Shown: positions 14,394-30,209 of the stretch, one piece after another | Numbering within the stretch: the first letter of the stretch is position 1 | How the letters are laid out: each line of letters starts with the position of its first letter | Assembly: GCF_056712565.1 (NCBI RefSeq) | Contig: NZ_CM160072.1 | Strand: one strand, 5' to 3' | DNA: 64,000 nucleotides | The notes under the pieces: model-generated | What the model saw: the letters and a program-made list of their open reading frames with translations, nothing else | Told to the model about the DNA's origin: nothing | Databases searched by the model: none | Position numbers and translations under genes: made by a program

Positions 14394-14426
14394 AAAACCC
14401 CCGTTCCTTACCAGTTCGGGGGTTTT
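14394..14426. terminator. Hairpin terminator downstream of acpS
   Basis: aaaacccccg…cgggggtttt followed by a T-rich tract. Confidence 0.5.
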
Positions 14427-14451
14427 ACTTTATAAAGAGAACGGTATTATT

Positions 14452-14832
14452 TTAACTTTCAATAATTACCGTGGCACAAGCATAGTGGCGCTCATCGGCA
14501 AGCGTTACATGCATATTTACAACGCCGAGCTTTTCCGCCAGTTTTAATGCCTCACCCCATAGCCGTAGCCGTGGTTTGCCGAGCTCATCATTGAATACTT
14601 CAAACTGATTAAACGCCAGACCATTGCGGATCCCTGTGCCAAATGCTTTTGCCGCCGCTTCTTTCACAGCAAAACGCTTCGCCAGAAAACGCACTGGCTG
14701 GTGGTGCGTTTTCCAGATTTCCCATTCGTTATCGCTTAATACGCGGCGTGCCAGGCGCTCACCGGATCGGGCGATCACCGCTTCTATGCGAGCGATCTCT
14801 ACAATATCCGTACCTAAACCTAATATTGCCAT
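14452..14832 (-). CDS. acpS: Holo-[acyl-carrier-protein] synthase
   Basis: 126-aa [20 protein letters not shown]…. Confidence 0.95.
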   Translation of the reverse strand: MAILGLGTDIVEIARIEAVIARSGERLARRVLSDNEWEIWKTHHQPVRFLAKRFAVKEAAAKAFGTGIRNGLAFNQFEVFNDELGKPRLRLWGEALKLAEKLGVVNMHVTLADERHYACATVIIES

Positions 14833-15563
14833 TAGCCACGCGCTTCCAGCATCAGACGTTTCATTTCTGCCACCGCATCTTTCAGTCCGGTCATCACTGC
14901 ACGACCAATAATGGCATGACCGATATTCAGTTCATGCATCTCAGGGATGGCGGCAATGGCTTTCACGTTGTGATAGGTCAGACCGTGTCCGGCGTTAACT
15001 TTCAGACCGAGACTAGTGGCAAAGGTCGCGGCTTTGGCGATACGCGCCAACTCTTGCGCCTGTTCGGCGTCAGTTTTGGCATCAGCATAGCAACCGGTGT
15101 GGATCTCGATAAACGGTGCGCCAACCTCTGCCGCAGCTTTGATCTGCTCTTCATCGGCGTCGATAAACAGAGAAACCTGGATCCCGGCATCTGCCAGACG
15201 TTTGCAGGCATCGCGCATTTTTTCACGCTGCCCTGCGACGTCCAGGCCGCCTTCGGTTGTGACTTCCTGACGCTTTTCCGGTACCAGACAGCAAAAATGT
15301 GGCTTCGTCTCAACGGCGATCGCCAGCATCTCTTCGGTCACCGCCATCTCCAGATTCATGCGGGTATCCAGCGTCTGGCGCAGGATGCACACATCGCGGT
15401 CGGTAATGTGGCGGCGATCTTCACGTAAATGCACGGTAATGCCGTCCGCTCCCGCCTGCTCAGCAATAAACGCCGCCTGCACCGGATCCGGGTAAGCAGT
15501 ACCGCGCGCGTTACGCAGCGTTGCAATATGGTCAATGTTGACGCCTAACAGTAATTCAGCCAT
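14832..15563 (-). CDS. pdxJ: Pyridoxine 5'-phosphate synthase
   Basis: Start at [21 protein letters not shown] (243 aa). Confidence 0.95.
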   Translation of the reverse strand: MAELLLGVNIDHIATLRNARGTAYPDPVQAAFIAEQAGADGITVHLREDRRHITDRDVCILRQTLDTRMNLEMAVTEEMLAIAVETKPHFCCLVPEKRQEVTTEGGLDVAGQREKMRDACKRLADAGIQVSLFIDADEEQIKAAAEVGAPFIEIHTGCYADAKTDAEQAQELARIAKAATFATSLGLKVNAGHGLTYHNVKAIAAIPEMHELNIGHAIIGRAVMTGLKDAVAEMKRLMLEARG

Positions 15564-15574
15564 GACAATCCTCA

Positions 15575-16303
15575 TCATTCATAATGTGTTTTCACCGTTC
15601 GCTTAGGCATAAACTGCCGGAACAGTTCCCTGCTCTTTAATGGTTTACCGCCAAGATACGGCTTAAGCGCCATGCGGGTAAAGCGTTTCGCGGCGCGCAG
15701 TGTGTCTGCGTCAGGAAATTCCCGCGCGTTTAACGCTTTTAACTGCCTTCCGGTGAACGTTTTATTGTCGATAACGACGCTTGCGATAAACCCTTTTTCT
15801 TCGCGATAACGATACGTCATGGTGTCATCTACCGGCTCGCCGCTACCCGCACAATGGGTAAAATTGACGCCATAGCCCAGATGCCCGAGCAGTGCCAGTT
15901 CAAAGCGGCGCAACGCGGGTTCTGGCGTACCAGTGACCCCGGCAAGAGACTGAATGCAGTGCAAGTAATCGAAAAAGAGTTCAGAGAAGCGCGTCTCGTA
16001 TTCCAGTACGCGGGAGAGAAGTTCGTTGATGTACAGACCGCTGTAAAGCGTGATACCGCTTAATGGCAGCGCCAGCGAGACAGCTTCAGCACTGCGCAGC
16101 GTTTTGACTTCGCCACGCCCGCCAAAACGTAGCAAGAGAGGGGTGAAAGGCTGTAATGCCCCTTTCAGAGTAGAGCGTTTAGAGCGTGCGCCTTTGGCAA
16201 CCAGACGCACGCGACCCGATTCCTCCGTGAAGACGTCCAGCATCAGGCTGGTTTCGCTCCACGGGCGACTATGCAGGACAAAAGCGCGCTGCCAGCCTTC
16301 CAT
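15575..16303 (-). CDS. recO: DNA repair protein RecO
   Basis: 242-aa ORF; conserved rnc-era-recO-pdxJ-acpS order. Confidence 0.9.
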   Translation of the reverse strand: MEGWQRAFVLHSRPWSETSLMLDVFTEESGRVRLVAKGARSKRSTLKGALQPFTPLLLRFGGRGEVKTLRSAEAVSLALPLSGITLYSGLYINELLSRVLEYETRFSELFFDYLHCIQSLAGVTGTPEPALRRFELALLGHLGYGVNFTHCAGSGEPVDDTMTYRYREEKGFIASVVIDNKTFTGRQLKALNAREFPDADTLRAAKRFTRMALKPYLGGKPLKSRELFRQFMPKRTVKTHYE

Positions 16304-16314
16304 CGGAGTTACTC

Positions 16315-17927
<1,613 letters not shown>

Positions 17928-18163
17928 TCAGCACACGAAACAGACCTGATATACATAGCTCTGCTAACTGCTTCGCTGCAGTTTAGCGGTATATGGGGAC
18001 CAACGCTGTTTCGTGTGCCGTGGCAACCTGGAGGTGCCAACCTTAAACTTCGGGGGAATATTCTATACACAACGACGGGGGATGTCGTTAGCCACGGGAG
18101 ATTTATCTCATAAATAATTCACGTTGTCGCCATAACGGCGACAACGTGAACGAAGATGGGCTA

Positions 18164-19138
18164 TTAATGGATGCCGCCAATGCGACTTAAGCGCACACCT
18201 GTCGGCCATTCGCCTTCTTGCTTATCGAAACTCATCCAGATAGCCGTTGCCCGACCGACCAGATTCGCTTCCGGCACAAAGCCCCAGTAACGGCTGTCCG
18301 CGCTGTTGTCGCGGTTGTCGCCCATCATGAAGTATTGTCCCGGCGGAACAATCCAGGTTGCCAGTTGTTGCCCTGGCTGCTGGTAATACATCCCCACCTG
18401 GTCCTGCGCAATCGGCACTGTCAGAATGCGGTGCGTCACATCACCCAATGTCTCTTTACGCTCGGAAAGACGAATTCCATTTTCTTTGGTTTCGTTTTTC
18501 GGCACTTCAAAGAATCCGCTGGTCGCTTCCCCACCATTACGGCGTGAGAAGGTCTGAACGAAATCGCTCGGTTCCACGTTGGAGTAAGTGACCGGTAGCG
18601 CGTTTTCACACGCCTGGCCGGAACTGCATCCCGGTTGAATCGTCAGCTCTTTTGAGACCGGATCATAAGTGACTTTATCGCCCGGCAAACCCACCGCGCG
18701 CTTGATGTAATCAAGCTTTGGATCTTCCGGATATTTAAAGACCACGATATCGCCGCGTTTCGGATGACCGGTTTCGATCAGCGTTTTCTGGTAGATAGGA
18801 TCTTTAATGCCATAAGCAAACTTCTCTACCAGAATAAAATCACCGATTAACAGAGTCGGCATCATCGAACCTGACGGGATCTGGAACGGTTCATAAATAA
18901 ACGAACGCACAATCAATACGATAGCCAGTACCGGAAAAACAGAAGCACCGGTTTCCAGCCAGCCAGGCTTCGGCGCAACCTTTTTCAGCGTTGCTTTATC
19001 CAGTGAGTCACCGGCAGCCGCCTGCGCCGCTGCCTGACGTTCCCGCCGTTTAGGTGCGAAAAAGAATTTATCCACGCACCATAAAATGCCCGTCACCAGT
19101 GTGGCAATCACCAGAATCAGGGCAAACATATTCGCCAT
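18164..19138 (-). CDS. lepB: Signal peptidase I
   Basis: 324-aa ORF with SGSMMPTL catalytic serine motif. Confidence 0.95.
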   Translation of the reverse strand: MANMFALILVIATLVTGILWCVDKFFFAPKRRERQAAAQAAAGDSLDKATLKKVAPKPGWLETGASVFPVLAIVLIVRSFIYEPFQIPSGSMMPTLLIGDFILVEKFAYGIKDPIYQKTLIETGHPKRGDIVVFKYPEDPKLDYIKRAVGLPGDKVTYDPVSKELTIQPGCSSGQACENALPVTYSNVEPSDFVQTFSRRNGGEATSGFFEVPKNETKENGIRLSERKETLGDVTHRILTVPIAQDQVGMYYQQPGQQLATWIVPPGQYFMMGDNRDNSADSRYWGFVPEANLVGRATAIWMSFDKQEGEWPTGVRLSRIGGIH

Positions 19139-19153
19139 GCCAACTCCTAAGGG

Positions 19154-20953
19154 TTATTTGTTGTCTTTGCCGACGTGCAGAATGGCGAGGAACGCTTCCT
19201 GCGGCAGCTCGACGTTACCGATCTGCTTCATGCGTTTCTTACCTTCTTTCTGCTTCTGCAGCAGCTTTTTCTTACGACTGATATCGCCGCCATAACATTT
19301 AGCCAGTACGTTTTTACGCAGCTGTTTCACGGTGGAGCGCGCAATGATGTGCGTACCAATCGCTGCCTGAATGGCGATATCAAACTGCTGGCGCGGGATC
19401 AGATCTTTCATCTTCTCCACCAGCTCGCGACCGCGGTTTTGCGAATTACCACGATGGGTGATCAGCGCCAACGCATCAACACGTTCACCGTTGATTAATA
19501 CGTCTACACGTACCATGTCGGACGCCTGGAAGCGTTTGAAGTTGTAATCCAGAGACGCATAACCACGCGAGGTAGATTTCAGGCGATCGAAGAAATCGAG
19601 CACCACTTCCGCCATCGGGATCTCGTACGTCAGCGCCACCTGATTACCGTGGTAAACCATATTGGTCTGCACGCCGCGTTTTTCTACGCACAGCGTAATA
19701 ACGTTGCCGAGATATGCCTGCGGCAGCAGCATGTGACATTCTGCAATCGGCTCGCGCAGTTCGTAGATGTTATTTACCGCTGGCAGCTTGGATGGGCTGT
19801 CGACGTAGATAACTTCTCTTGACGTGGTTTCAACTTCATACACTACGGTCGGCGCAGTGGTGATCAGATCCAGATCGTATTCACGTTCCAGACGTTCCTG
19901 GATGATCTCCATGTGCAGCAGACCGAGGAAGCCGCAGCGGAAACCAAAGCCCAGCGCGCTTGAGCTTTCCGGCTCATAGAACAGTGAGGCATCGTTCAGG
20001 CTGAGTTTACCCAGCGCGTCACGGAAGGCTTCATAGTCGTCGGAACTTACCGGGAACAGACCGGCGTATACCTGCGGTTTGACTTTCTTAAAGCCAGGCA
20101 GCGCCTTTTCTGCCGGATTACGCGCCAGCGTTAAGGTATCGCCTACTGGAGCGCCGTGGATATCTTTAATCGCACATACCAGCCAGCCTACTTCGCCACA
20201 TTTCAGTTCAGTGCGGTCAACCTGTTTTGGCGTAAAAATACCCAGACGGTCGGCGTTATAGGTCTGCCCGGTACTCATGACTTTCACTTTGTCGCCCTTA
20301 CGCAGGGTGCCGTTTTTAATACGGATAAGTGAAACAACGCCCAGGTAGTTGTCGAACCAGGAGTCGATAATGAGTGCCTGTAACGGGCCTTCCGGATCGC
20401 CTTCCGGCGGCGGAATGTCGCGCACCAGACGTTCGAGAACGTCCTGCACGCCAACGCCGGTTTTCGCTGAACAGCGCACCGCGTCAGTGGCGTCGATGCC
20501 GACGATATCTTCAATTTCTTCCGCCACGCGTTCAGGATCAGCTGCCGGCAGGTCAATCTTGTTCAGTACCGGCACCACTTCGAGATCCATTTCCATGGCG
20601 GTGTAGCAGTTTGCCAGGGTTTGCGCTTCTACGCCCTGCCCGGCGTCGACCACCAGCAATGCACCTTCACATGCAGCCAGCGAACGAGAAACTTCATAGG
20701 AGAAGTCTACGTGGCCCGGGGTGTCGATAAAGTTAAGCTGATAGGTTTCGCCGTCAGACGCTTTGTAGTCCAGCGTCACGCTTTGCGCTTTGATGGTAAT
20801 GCCACGCTCACGCTCAAGATCCATGGAATCGAGAACCTGCGCCTCCATTTCACGGTCAGACAGGCCACCGCAGATCTGGATAATACGGTCAGACAGCGTC
20901 GATTTACCGTGGTCAATGTGAGCTATGATCGAAAAGTTACGTATATTCTTCAT
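19154..20953 (-). CDS. lepA: Elongation factor 4 (LepA)
   Basis: 599-aa translational GTPase (AHIDHGKST). Confidence 0.95.
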   Translation of the reverse strand: MKNIRNFSIIAHIDHGKSTLSDRIIQICGGLSDREMEAQVLDSMDLERERGITIKAQSVTLDYKASDGETYQLNFIDTPGHVDFSYEVSRSLAACEGALLVVDAGQGVEAQTLANCYTAMEMDLEVVPVLNKIDLPAADPERVAEEIEDIVGIDATDAVRCSAKTGVGVQDVLERLVRDIPPPEGDPEGPLQALIIDSWFDNYLGVVSLIRIKNGTLRKGDKVKVMSTGQTYNADRLGIFTPKQVDRTELKCGEVGWLVCAIKDIHGAPVGDTLTLARNPAEKALPGFKKVKPQVYAGLFPVSSDDYEAFRDALGKLSLNDASLFYEPESSSALGFGFRCGFLGLLHMEIIQERLEREYDLDLITTAPTVVYEVETTSREVIYVDSPSKLPAVNNIYELREPIAECHMLLPQAYLGNVITLCVEKRGVQTNMVYHGNQVALTYEIPMAEVVLDFFDRLKSTSRGYASLDYNFKRFQASDMVRVDVLINGERVDALALITHRGNSQNRGRELVEKMKDLIPRQQFDIAIQAAIGTHIIARSTVKQLRKNVLAKCYGGDISRKKKLLQKQKEGKKRMKQIGNVELPQEAFLAILHVGKDNK

Positions 20954-21150
20954 AAAGTATGATTATTGTGCCTTAATGCCCGGTTAACCAGGCTTTTAGA
21001 AGTCGCTGTTCTGAGCTTAACGTCTGTATTAATAGAAACGCCGCATTCTACACTACAACATTGAGGCGAGGAAATGTTCATACCGTATGGATTGTGGTAT
21101 CTGGAAACGTCCTCGCATTTGTTATGCAAAATGCAACAAAGCCAGTGAAA

Positions 21151-21630
21151 TCACTGGCTCGCGTCTTCCGAAGATGTTTCAAATCGCACAAGGCCAGGCG
21201 GCAAGGCCACGCTTAAGATGATCGGTTGCCATTCTGCCCGGGCAGCAAACTTACGCGAGTAGCCGCGCGCAATCAGGAACCCGCCAAAACCGCCGAGGAT
21301 CGCACCACATAATGCTGCGACGTCAGAAGCAAAGAGTAGCTGAAATAGCGAAGCGATGAGGAATAATCCCACCAGCGGCGACATATAAACCAGTAATGCG
21401 GAGCTAAGCAGGCTGCCTTCGGCGATTCCTAATTCTACTTTTTGCCCCGGCACTAACGGCTCATCACAGGGTACGACAATGGTATGCGTGGTTTGCGGGC
21501 CAAGTTTATTCAACACGCGGCTACCGCAACCGGCGCGTGAAGCGCAGCTGCTGCATGAGGCTTTAACATCACAACTGACCAGCGCCTGCCCGTTTTGCCA
21601 GGAGACGACGGTAGCCCACTCTTTGATCAT
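21151..21630 (-). CDS. rseC: SoxR-reducing system protein RseC
   Basis: 159 aa; last gene of the rpoE-rseABC operon. Confidence 0.9.
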   Translation of the reverse strand: MIKEWATVVSWQNGQALVSCDVKASCSSCASRAGCGSRVLNKLGPQTTHTIVVPCDEPLVPGQKVELGIAEGSLLSSALLVYMSPLVGLFLIASLFQLLFASDVAALCGAILGGFGGFLIARGYSRKFAARAEWQPIILSVALPPGLVRFETSSEDASQ

Positions 21631-22583
21631 TGCGCTGCCCCGAACTTAATATTCTCGGCAATGCGTTTCGCCGTTTGCGGCGGCAGTTCACCGACAATGG
21701 TGATTTCGGCGTTATCACGTACGCTTGTACTGACGGTTCTGCGTCCGGTGCGCAACATCTGATCGCTGCTCGATGGCGTAGCGCGGTTAACGTTTACCGA
21801 GAAGCTGAATAATCCGTCGGAATAGAGACGTGATTCGATAGGCATGTTGTCCATCGTCGGTAGCGGACGTCGACTACTGGAAACTTCGCTAAAACCCTGT
21901 GGCAACCAGGTTGGCGTCCAGCTGAATTTAGCTTTTTCACCTACAGGAACAGAAAGCAACGGCGGCAAATTTGCCTTCGCCAGCGTCTGCATACTGCTGC
22001 TGATATCCTGATTGACGTTAAAAGCAATCACGCGAAATTGTTCCAGCGTTTCACCATCGCGATCAAGGAGATCAACCCGCATCGGTAATTTCGATTCGGT
22101 GTCCATCCACACAATGTAGCTGTAGCGTGTGCCATCACGGGCGACTACGCGAATGACTTCGCAAAGACGATCAGCAATACGCGTGCGTCCCACGGAGATA
22201 AAGTCGTAGTAAGGAGAAAGGCGTTTGAAATCGGTATAAATGAGCGATGGCAGAGAATCAACAATGTAATCGCCATTAAGCGTGAACGGTTCAAGGCCCG
22301 GCTCAAAGTAGCTGATTTCATTGCCGCGCTGTACCACTTCCCGGCGCGGGCCATCCATTTGCAACAGCTGTGCAAGCGGACGGTTATCGAGGCGTGCATG
22401 TCGATAACGCAGAGACTCAACACCCTGTTTATTGATGCTGATGAATGACAGCTCGTAATTCAGTGACTGACTGGCCAGGTTCATCTGCTGTAATAACGCC
22501 CCGGACGCGGGAGTGGCCGAGGCGTTAGCAGAGAATAACAGGCTACCTGTCACTAATGACATGGCAAACCAAAGTTGCTTCAT
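21627..22583 (-). CDS. rseB: Sigma-E regulatory protein RseB
   Basis: 318 aa with signal peptide. Confidence 0.9.
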   Translation of the reverse strand: MKQLWFAMSLVTGSLLFSANASATPASGALLQQMNLASQSLNYELSFISINKQGVESLRYRHARLDNRPLAQLLQMDGPRREVVQRGNEISYFEPGLEPFTLNGDYIVDSLPSLIYTDFKRLSPYYDFISVGRTRIADRLCEVIRVVARDGTRYSYIVWMDTESKLPMRVDLLDRDGETLEQFRVIAFNVNQDISSSMQTLAKANLPPLLSVPVGEKAKFSWTPTWLPQGFSEVSSSRRPLPTMDNMPIESRLYSDGLFSFSVNVNRATPSSSDQMLRTGRRTVSTSVRDNAEITIVGELPPQTAKRIAENIKFGAAQ

Positions 22584-23233
22584 TACTGCGATTGCGTTCC
22601 TAAAGTTTGAATTCCTGGCACCTGTACAGCGGCTTGCTGAGTTTGTGCCTGCTCAAACTGAAGCTGTTCAGAGTGGAGTCGGCGTTGCAGTTCGTAATCC
22701 TGCAACATTGCATTAATGCGACGACGCTGCTCCTGTACCTGCTGCTGTTGACCATTATTTGCGGTCGCTTCAGAAGGTACTCCCAGACTAACCGGGCTGG
22801 CTTTACCCATCATCGGCAGTGTATTAAATACTGGCGTTTCGGGCTGCCGGGACGTTTCAGATTGCCCATTATAGTGCTGGACGCCAACGATAACTGCAAG
22901 CGATACGCATGCTGCTACGCCCATTTGGGTAAGCTGTGCCGCCCACGGACGTACTTTCTGCCAGAATGGCATTTTCTGCCATTGATGCGGCGCAGGCTGG
23001 GCTTCCGGGATCAATGTCGCCGGTTGACGTACTGGCTCTTCTTCAATGGCGGCCATCACGCGTGAAGAGATATCGAAATGGAGCACCTCGGGAGTATCAC
23101 CCCGCATTGAGTCACGGATCAAGTGATAGCTTTCCCAGGTTTTCTGCATTTCTGGGTTATGAGCCAGTTCGTTAAGCAGCTCACTATCCAGCGTTTCGCC
23201 ATCCATTAAAGCGGAAAGTTGTTCTTTCTGCAT
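22583..23233 (-). CDS. rseA: Anti-sigma-E factor RseA
   Basis: Start at MQKEQLSALMDGETLD (216 aa). Confidence 0.9.
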   Translation of the reverse strand: MQKEQLSALMDGETLDSELLNELAHNPEMQKTWESYHLIRDSMRGDTPEVLHFDISSRVMAAIEEEPVRQPATLIPEAQPAPHQWQKMPFWQKVRPWAAQLTQMGVAACVSLAVIVGVQHYNGQSETSRQPETPVFNTLPMMGKASPVSLGVPSEATANNGQQQQVQEQRRRINAMLQDYELQRRLHSEQLQFEQAQTQQAAVQVPGIQTLGTQSQ

Positions 23234-23265
23234 GCCTAATACCCTTATCCAGTATCCCGCTATCG

Positions 23266-23841
23266 TCAACGCCTGATAAGCGGTTGAACTTTGTTATCAA
23301 TAGCTTCCCTCGCTCGGAAGATACGTGAACGCACCGTACCTACCGGACAATCCATGATAGCGGCTATCTCTTCATAGCTCAGGCCATCCAGCTCCCGCAA
23401 GGTTATTGCCATGCGTAAATCTTCCGGGAGGGACTCAATAGTTCGGAAAACTATCTGTCTCAGTTCTTCTGACAACATTAAGTTCTCAGGGTTCGAAATT
23501 TCTTTCAACGCGCCGCCACTTTCGAAGTTTTCAGCTTCAATGGCATCCACATCACTGGAAGGTGGACGACGCCCCTGAGCAACCAGGTAATTTTTCGCTG
23601 TATTTACAGCAATCCGATACAGCCATGTATAAAAAGCGCTATCTCCCCGGAACGAATCCAGCGCACGATAGGCTTTAATAAAAGCTTCTTGTACCACATC
23701 GGGAACATCACCCGACGGCACATAGCGGGAAACCAGACTCGCCACTTTATGCTGATAGCGCACTACCAGTAAGTTAAAGGCTTTCTGATCTCCCTTCTGG
23801 ACCCGTTCAACCAGGACCTGGTCCGTTAACTGCTCGCTCAT
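23266..23841 (-). CDS. rpoE: ECF sigma factor sigma-E
   Basis: Start at MSEQLTDQVLVERVQKGD (191 aa). Confidence 0.95.
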   Translation of the reverse strand: MSEQLTDQVLVERVQKGDQKAFNLLVVRYQHKVASLVSRYVPSGDVPDVVQEAFIKAYRALDSFRGDSAFYTWLYRIAVNTAKNYLVAQGRRPPSSDVDAIEAENFESGGALKEISNPENLMLSEELRQIVFRTIESLPEDLRMAITLRELDGLSYEEIAAIMDCPVGTVRSRIFRAREAIDNKVQPLIRR

Positions 23842-23923
23842 CCGAGGTAAAGTCTCCCCAAACCAAATTTCCACGCGCTATCGAAACGCCACTCCATTAG
23901 CTGCAATTTGAGCAAGCAAAGGG

Positions 23924-23951
23924 TTAGAGTGTCTCGTTTTTGTAAAGTTCC
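23924..23951 (-). promoter_or_regulatory. Sigma-E-dependent rpoE promoter (GGAACTT-N16-TCTAA)
   Basis: Minus strand reads cGGAACTTtacaaaaacgagacacTCTAAcc upstream of rpoE. Confidence 0.6.
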
Positions 23952-24239
23952 GTAACGCATCTGTTTTTGTTTGTCATGCTGTAGACGGATCATTATCTAT
24001 CATTATAAGTCTACAGAATCTGAACATCGCATTATCTGTGTAGAAATGCCCATTTAACTGCCTGAAGAGTAACCCAACGGCCTTTTTATTTCACCACCTA
24101 ATCCTCCACCAGCCAGTAACTTCTCGTTTTCTCGCCGCCCTGAGGCAGCGTGTTTAGTCACTGTAACAAATATTAAAATAGCAGGTGTTTATTCGCACAA
24201 CATGATGTTATGCTGACCAAACCGTGTTTAGTAAATTAA

Positions 24240-26593
<2,354 letters not shown>

Positions 26594-26724
26594 GAAAATA
26601 AAACCTTGCAGGAAAAACGGCGATAGCACCGGGTGAGAACAATACCCGAGAAGCGATATCCATACAAACAGATGAAGATTGCAGCCGTAACGTCTATAAT
26701 CAGCGCCCCACACAGAGGTAGAAC

Positions 26725-28059
26725 ATGACTGTAACGACTTTTTCCGAACTTGAACTCGACGAAAGCCTGCTGGAAGCCCTCCAGGATAAAGGTTTCACTC
26801 GCCCGACCGCCATTCAGGCTGCCGCCATTCCGCCTGCGCTCGATGGCCGTGATGTACTCGGTTCTGCGCCGACAGGCACCGGTAAAACGGCGGCGTATCT
26901 GCTGCCAGCGTTGCAGCACCTGCTCGATTTCCCACGTAAGAAATCCGGTCCGCCGCGTATTTTGATCCTCACCCCAACTCGCGAGCTGGCGATGCAGGTG
27001 GCCGATCATGCCCGCGAACTGGCGAAACATACGCATCTGGATATTGCCACCATCACCGGCGGCGTGGCTTATATGAACCACGCAGAAGTGTTCAGCGAAA
27101 ACCAGGACATTGTGGTCGCCACGACCGGACGTCTGCTGCAATACATAAAAGAAGAGAACTTCGATTGCCGCGCGGTTGAAACGCTGATCCTCGACGAAGC
27201 AGACCGTATGCTGGATATGGGCTTCGCCCAGGATATCGAACATATTGCTGGCGAAACGCGCTGGCGTAAACAGACCCTGCTCTTTTCGGCAACGCTGGAA
27301 GGCGATGCGATTCAGGACTTTGCCGAGCGTCTGTTGGAAGATCCGGTGGAAGTTTCTGCCAATCCGTCCACCCGTGAGCGCAAAAAAATTCATCAGTGGT
27401 ATTACCGCGCCGATGATCTTGAGCATAAAACCGCGTTGCTGGTGCATCTGTTAAAACAGCCGGAAGCGACCCGCTCAATTGTGTTTGTGCGTAAGCGTGA
27501 GCGTGTGCATGAGCTGGCAAACTGGCTGCGCGAAGCAGGCATCAACAACTGCTATCTCGAAGGTGAGATGGTACAAGGCAAGCGTAACGAAGCGATTAAA
27601 CGCTTGACCGAAGGCCGCGTAAACGTACTGGTTGCTACCGATGTTGCCGCGCGCGGTATCGACATTCCGGATGTCAGCCACGTCTTTAACTTCGATATGC
27701 CGCGCAGTGGCGATACTTATTTGCACCGTATCGGACGTACCGCGCGCGCCGGTCGTAAAGGCACCGCGATTTCGCTGGTGGAAGCCCATGACCATCTGCT
27801 GCTGGGCAAAGTTGGCCGTTATATTGAAGAGCCAATTAAAGCTCGCGTAATTGATGAGTTACGTCCGAAAACGCGTGCGCCAAGCGAGAAGCAGACCGGC
27901 AAGCCATCGAAGAAAGTGTTGGCTAAACGTGCCGAGAAGAAAAAAGCTAAAGAGAAAGAGAAGCCGCGGGTGAAAAAACGCCATCGCGACACTAAAAATA
28001 TTGGTAAGCGCCGTAAACCAAGCGGAACGGGCGTGCCACCGCAAACGACAGAAGAGTAA
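26725..28059 (+). CDS. srmB: DEAD-box ATP-dependent RNA helicase SrmB
   Basis: 444 aa with DEAD, SAT and HRIGRTAR motifs and a basic tail. Confidence 0.95.
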
Positions 28060-28063
28060 TCTC

Positions 28064-28092
28064 AATGCCGGGTTTAAGCCCGGCATTGTTTT
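28064..28092. terminator. Hairpin between convergent srmB and yfiE
   Basis: aatgccgggtttaagcccggcatt followed by a T-run. Confidence 0.5.
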
Positions 28093-28973
28093 TATCCCGG
28101 CAAAAAACACTCTTCAACACACTGAATAAAAGTGTGCATCGCCGGGCTAACCGCTTTTCCGGCATGGTGAGCGCACATTGCCGTAATGGTCTGCGACTGT
28201 TCGCCAAAAGGCAATTCAATTAATTCTCCGCACTTCAACTCTTTTACCACCGCAAAACGCGGCAGGTAACTGACTCCGATATTTGCCGCGACACAACGCT
28301 TGATGCTTTCGATACTTATAAGCTCAATGGTGTTTTCCACCGTGATCCGCCGCTGGCGCAGCGTGCTCTCAAATATCTGCCGGAAGACACATTGTGGTTC
28401 GTTGATAATAAAGCTACAGGCGTTATGTCTTCCCGGCTCAGTAAAATCGACATCTGCAATTTGCGGTGAAGCCACCAGCGCCAGCGGTTGTTCACCCAAC
28501 TCTCGTCGGTTCAGAGCATCATCATTCCCTACGCGATAAAAAACCCCGACATCGGCCTCATCATTCAGTAGCGCATCACGGATCACGTAACAGTTCAGCG
28601 ACTGCAACGATAAACGCACTTTTGGAGCGCGTTGCCGAAAACGCTGCAACACCTGCGGCATTCGATAAGAGAGCAACGTTTCGCCTGAAATAACGCGTAG
28701 TTCCCCGTCCGGATCCGACTCTTTTTTAGCAGCCTCACGAAGCGTATCCATCACTCGGGTAAGTTCATAGATGTGCGGCAGCAGCTTTTTTCCTTCGCGG
28801 GTAAGGCACATTCGTCGACCAATTTTCTCAAACAATTGTACCGAGAACTCCTGCTCAAGCTGCTGAATATGAAAAGTCACCGTCGATTGTGTGCAGCACA
28901 ATTTTTGCGAAGCTCGCAAAAAGGAACCCTCTTCCACCACGGTTTTAAGTGTAATAAAACGGCGCAGATCCAT
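28092..28973 (-). CDS. yfiE: LysR-family transcriptional regulator
   Basis: Start at MDLRRFITLKTVVEEGSF (293 aa). Confidence 0.85.
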   Translation of the reverse strand: MDLRRFITLKTVVEEGSFLRASQKLCCTQSTVTFHIQQLEQEFSVQLFEKIGRRMCLTREGKKLLPHIYELTRVMDTLREAAKKESDPDGELRVISGETLLSYRMPQVLQRFRQRAPKVRLSLQSLNCYVIRDALLNDEADVGVFYRVGNDDALNRRELGEQPLALVASPQIADVDFTEPGRHNACSFIINEPQCVFRQIFESTLRQRRITVENTIELISIESIKRCVAANIGVSYLPRFAVVKELKCGELIELPFGEQSQTITAMCAHHAGKAVSPAMHTFIQCVEECFLPG

Positions 28974-29075
28974 AACCCCAAACCTATCGAAAATATCGAA
29001 TTTAGAATGTAAAAACATTCATTTTTTTAAATGTTCCGTGTCGGGTACTGTCTACCAAAACAGAGGAGATAACAA

Positions 29076-29663
29076 GTGACACCGACCCTTTTAAGTGCTT
29101 TTTGGACTTACACCCTGATTACCGCCATGACGCCAGGACCGAACAATATTCTCGCCCTTAGCTCTGCTACGTCGCATGGATTTCGTCAAAGTACCCGTGT
29201 GCTGGCAGGGATGAGTCTGGGATTTTTGATTGTGATGTTACTGTGTGCGGGCATTTCATTTTCACTGGCAGTGATTGACCCGGCAGCGGTACACCTTTTG
29301 AGTTGGGCGGGGGCGGCATATATTGTCTGGCTGGCGTGGAAAATCGCCACCAGCCCAACAAAGGAAGACGGACTTCAGACAAAACCAATCAGTTTTTGGG
29401 CCAGCTTTGCTTTGCAGTTTGTGAACGTCAAAATCATTTTGTACGGTGTTACGGCACTGTCGACGTTTGTTCTGCCGCAAACACAGGCGCTAAGTTGGGT
29501 AGTTGGCGTCAGCGTTTTGCTGGCGATGATTGGGACGTTTGGCAATGTGTGCTGGGCGCTGGCGGGGCATCTGTTTCAGCGATTGTTTCGCCAGTATGGT
29601 CGCCAGTTAAATATCGTGCTTGCCCTGTTGCTGGTCTATTGCGCGGTACGCATTTTCTATTAA
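29076..29663 (+). CDS. eamB: Cysteine/O-acetylserine exporter (LysE/RhtB family)
   Basis: 195-aa polytopic membrane protein. Confidence 0.85.
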   Translation: MTPTLLSAFWTYTLITAMTPGPNNILALSSATSHGFRQSTRVLAGMSLGFLIVMLLCAGISFSLAVIDPAAVHLLSWAGAAYIVWLAWKIATSPTKEDGLQTKPISFWASFALQFVNVKIILYGVTALSTFVLPQTQALSWVVGVSVLLAMIGTFGNVCWALAGHLFQRLFRQYGRQLNIVLALLLVYCAVRIFY

Positions 29664-29670
29664 CGAAAAA

Positions 29671-29698
29671 AAGCGGAAGAGGTCGCCCTCTTCCGCTT
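29671..29698. terminator. Bidirectional hairpin between eamB and grcA
   Basis: aagcggaagagg-tcgc-cctcttccgctt. Confidence 0.5.
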
Positions 29699-29718
29699 AG
29701 TAACTTGCTACTTAAGCC

Positions 29719-30102
29719 TTACAGGCTTTCAGTAAAGGTACGAGCGATAACGTCGCGCTGCTGTTCCGGAGTCAGAGAGTTAAAGCGAACTGCATAACCG
29801 GATACACGGATGGTCAGCTGCGGATATTTTTCCGGATGCTTAACTGCATCTTCCAGAGTTTCACGACGCAGAACGTTAACGTTCAGGTGTTGACCACCTT
29901 CAACGCGAACTTCTGGTTTCACTTCTACTGGAACTTCACGGTATTCAATGTCACCCAGTTTGCTTACTGCAACCACTTCGTCTTCTGCAAAACCTGCTTT
30001 CGCAACGATGCAACGCGCTTCGCCTTTTTCGCTGTCCAGCAACCAGAAAGAGTTCAGCAGATCGTCGTTAGCGGCTTTAGTAATCTGGATACCTGTAATC
30101 AT
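29719..30102 (-). CDS. grcA: Autonomous glycyl radical cofactor (YfiD)
   Basis: Start at [15 protein letters not shown]-terminal RVSGYAV glycyl-radical motif; 127 aa. Confidence 0.95.
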
Positions 30103-30209
30103 GTGATGCCTCCCCGGCAAAATTATTTGATTTGTTCAGCCTGTCGCGGCCAATTGGTAAAACCATTGTTGCTTGAGTGTATATATACTCCTCAAACACC
30201 CTTGATTCT

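Noticed and set aside
14643-15428. 261-aa plus-strand ORF
   Set aside because: Antisense overlap with acpS and pdxJ, both confidently called on the minus strand.
27092-27520. 142-aa minus-strand ORF beginning [14 protein letters not shown]
   Set aside because: Antisense within srmB; the His/Ala repeat is a translation artefact of the complementary strand.
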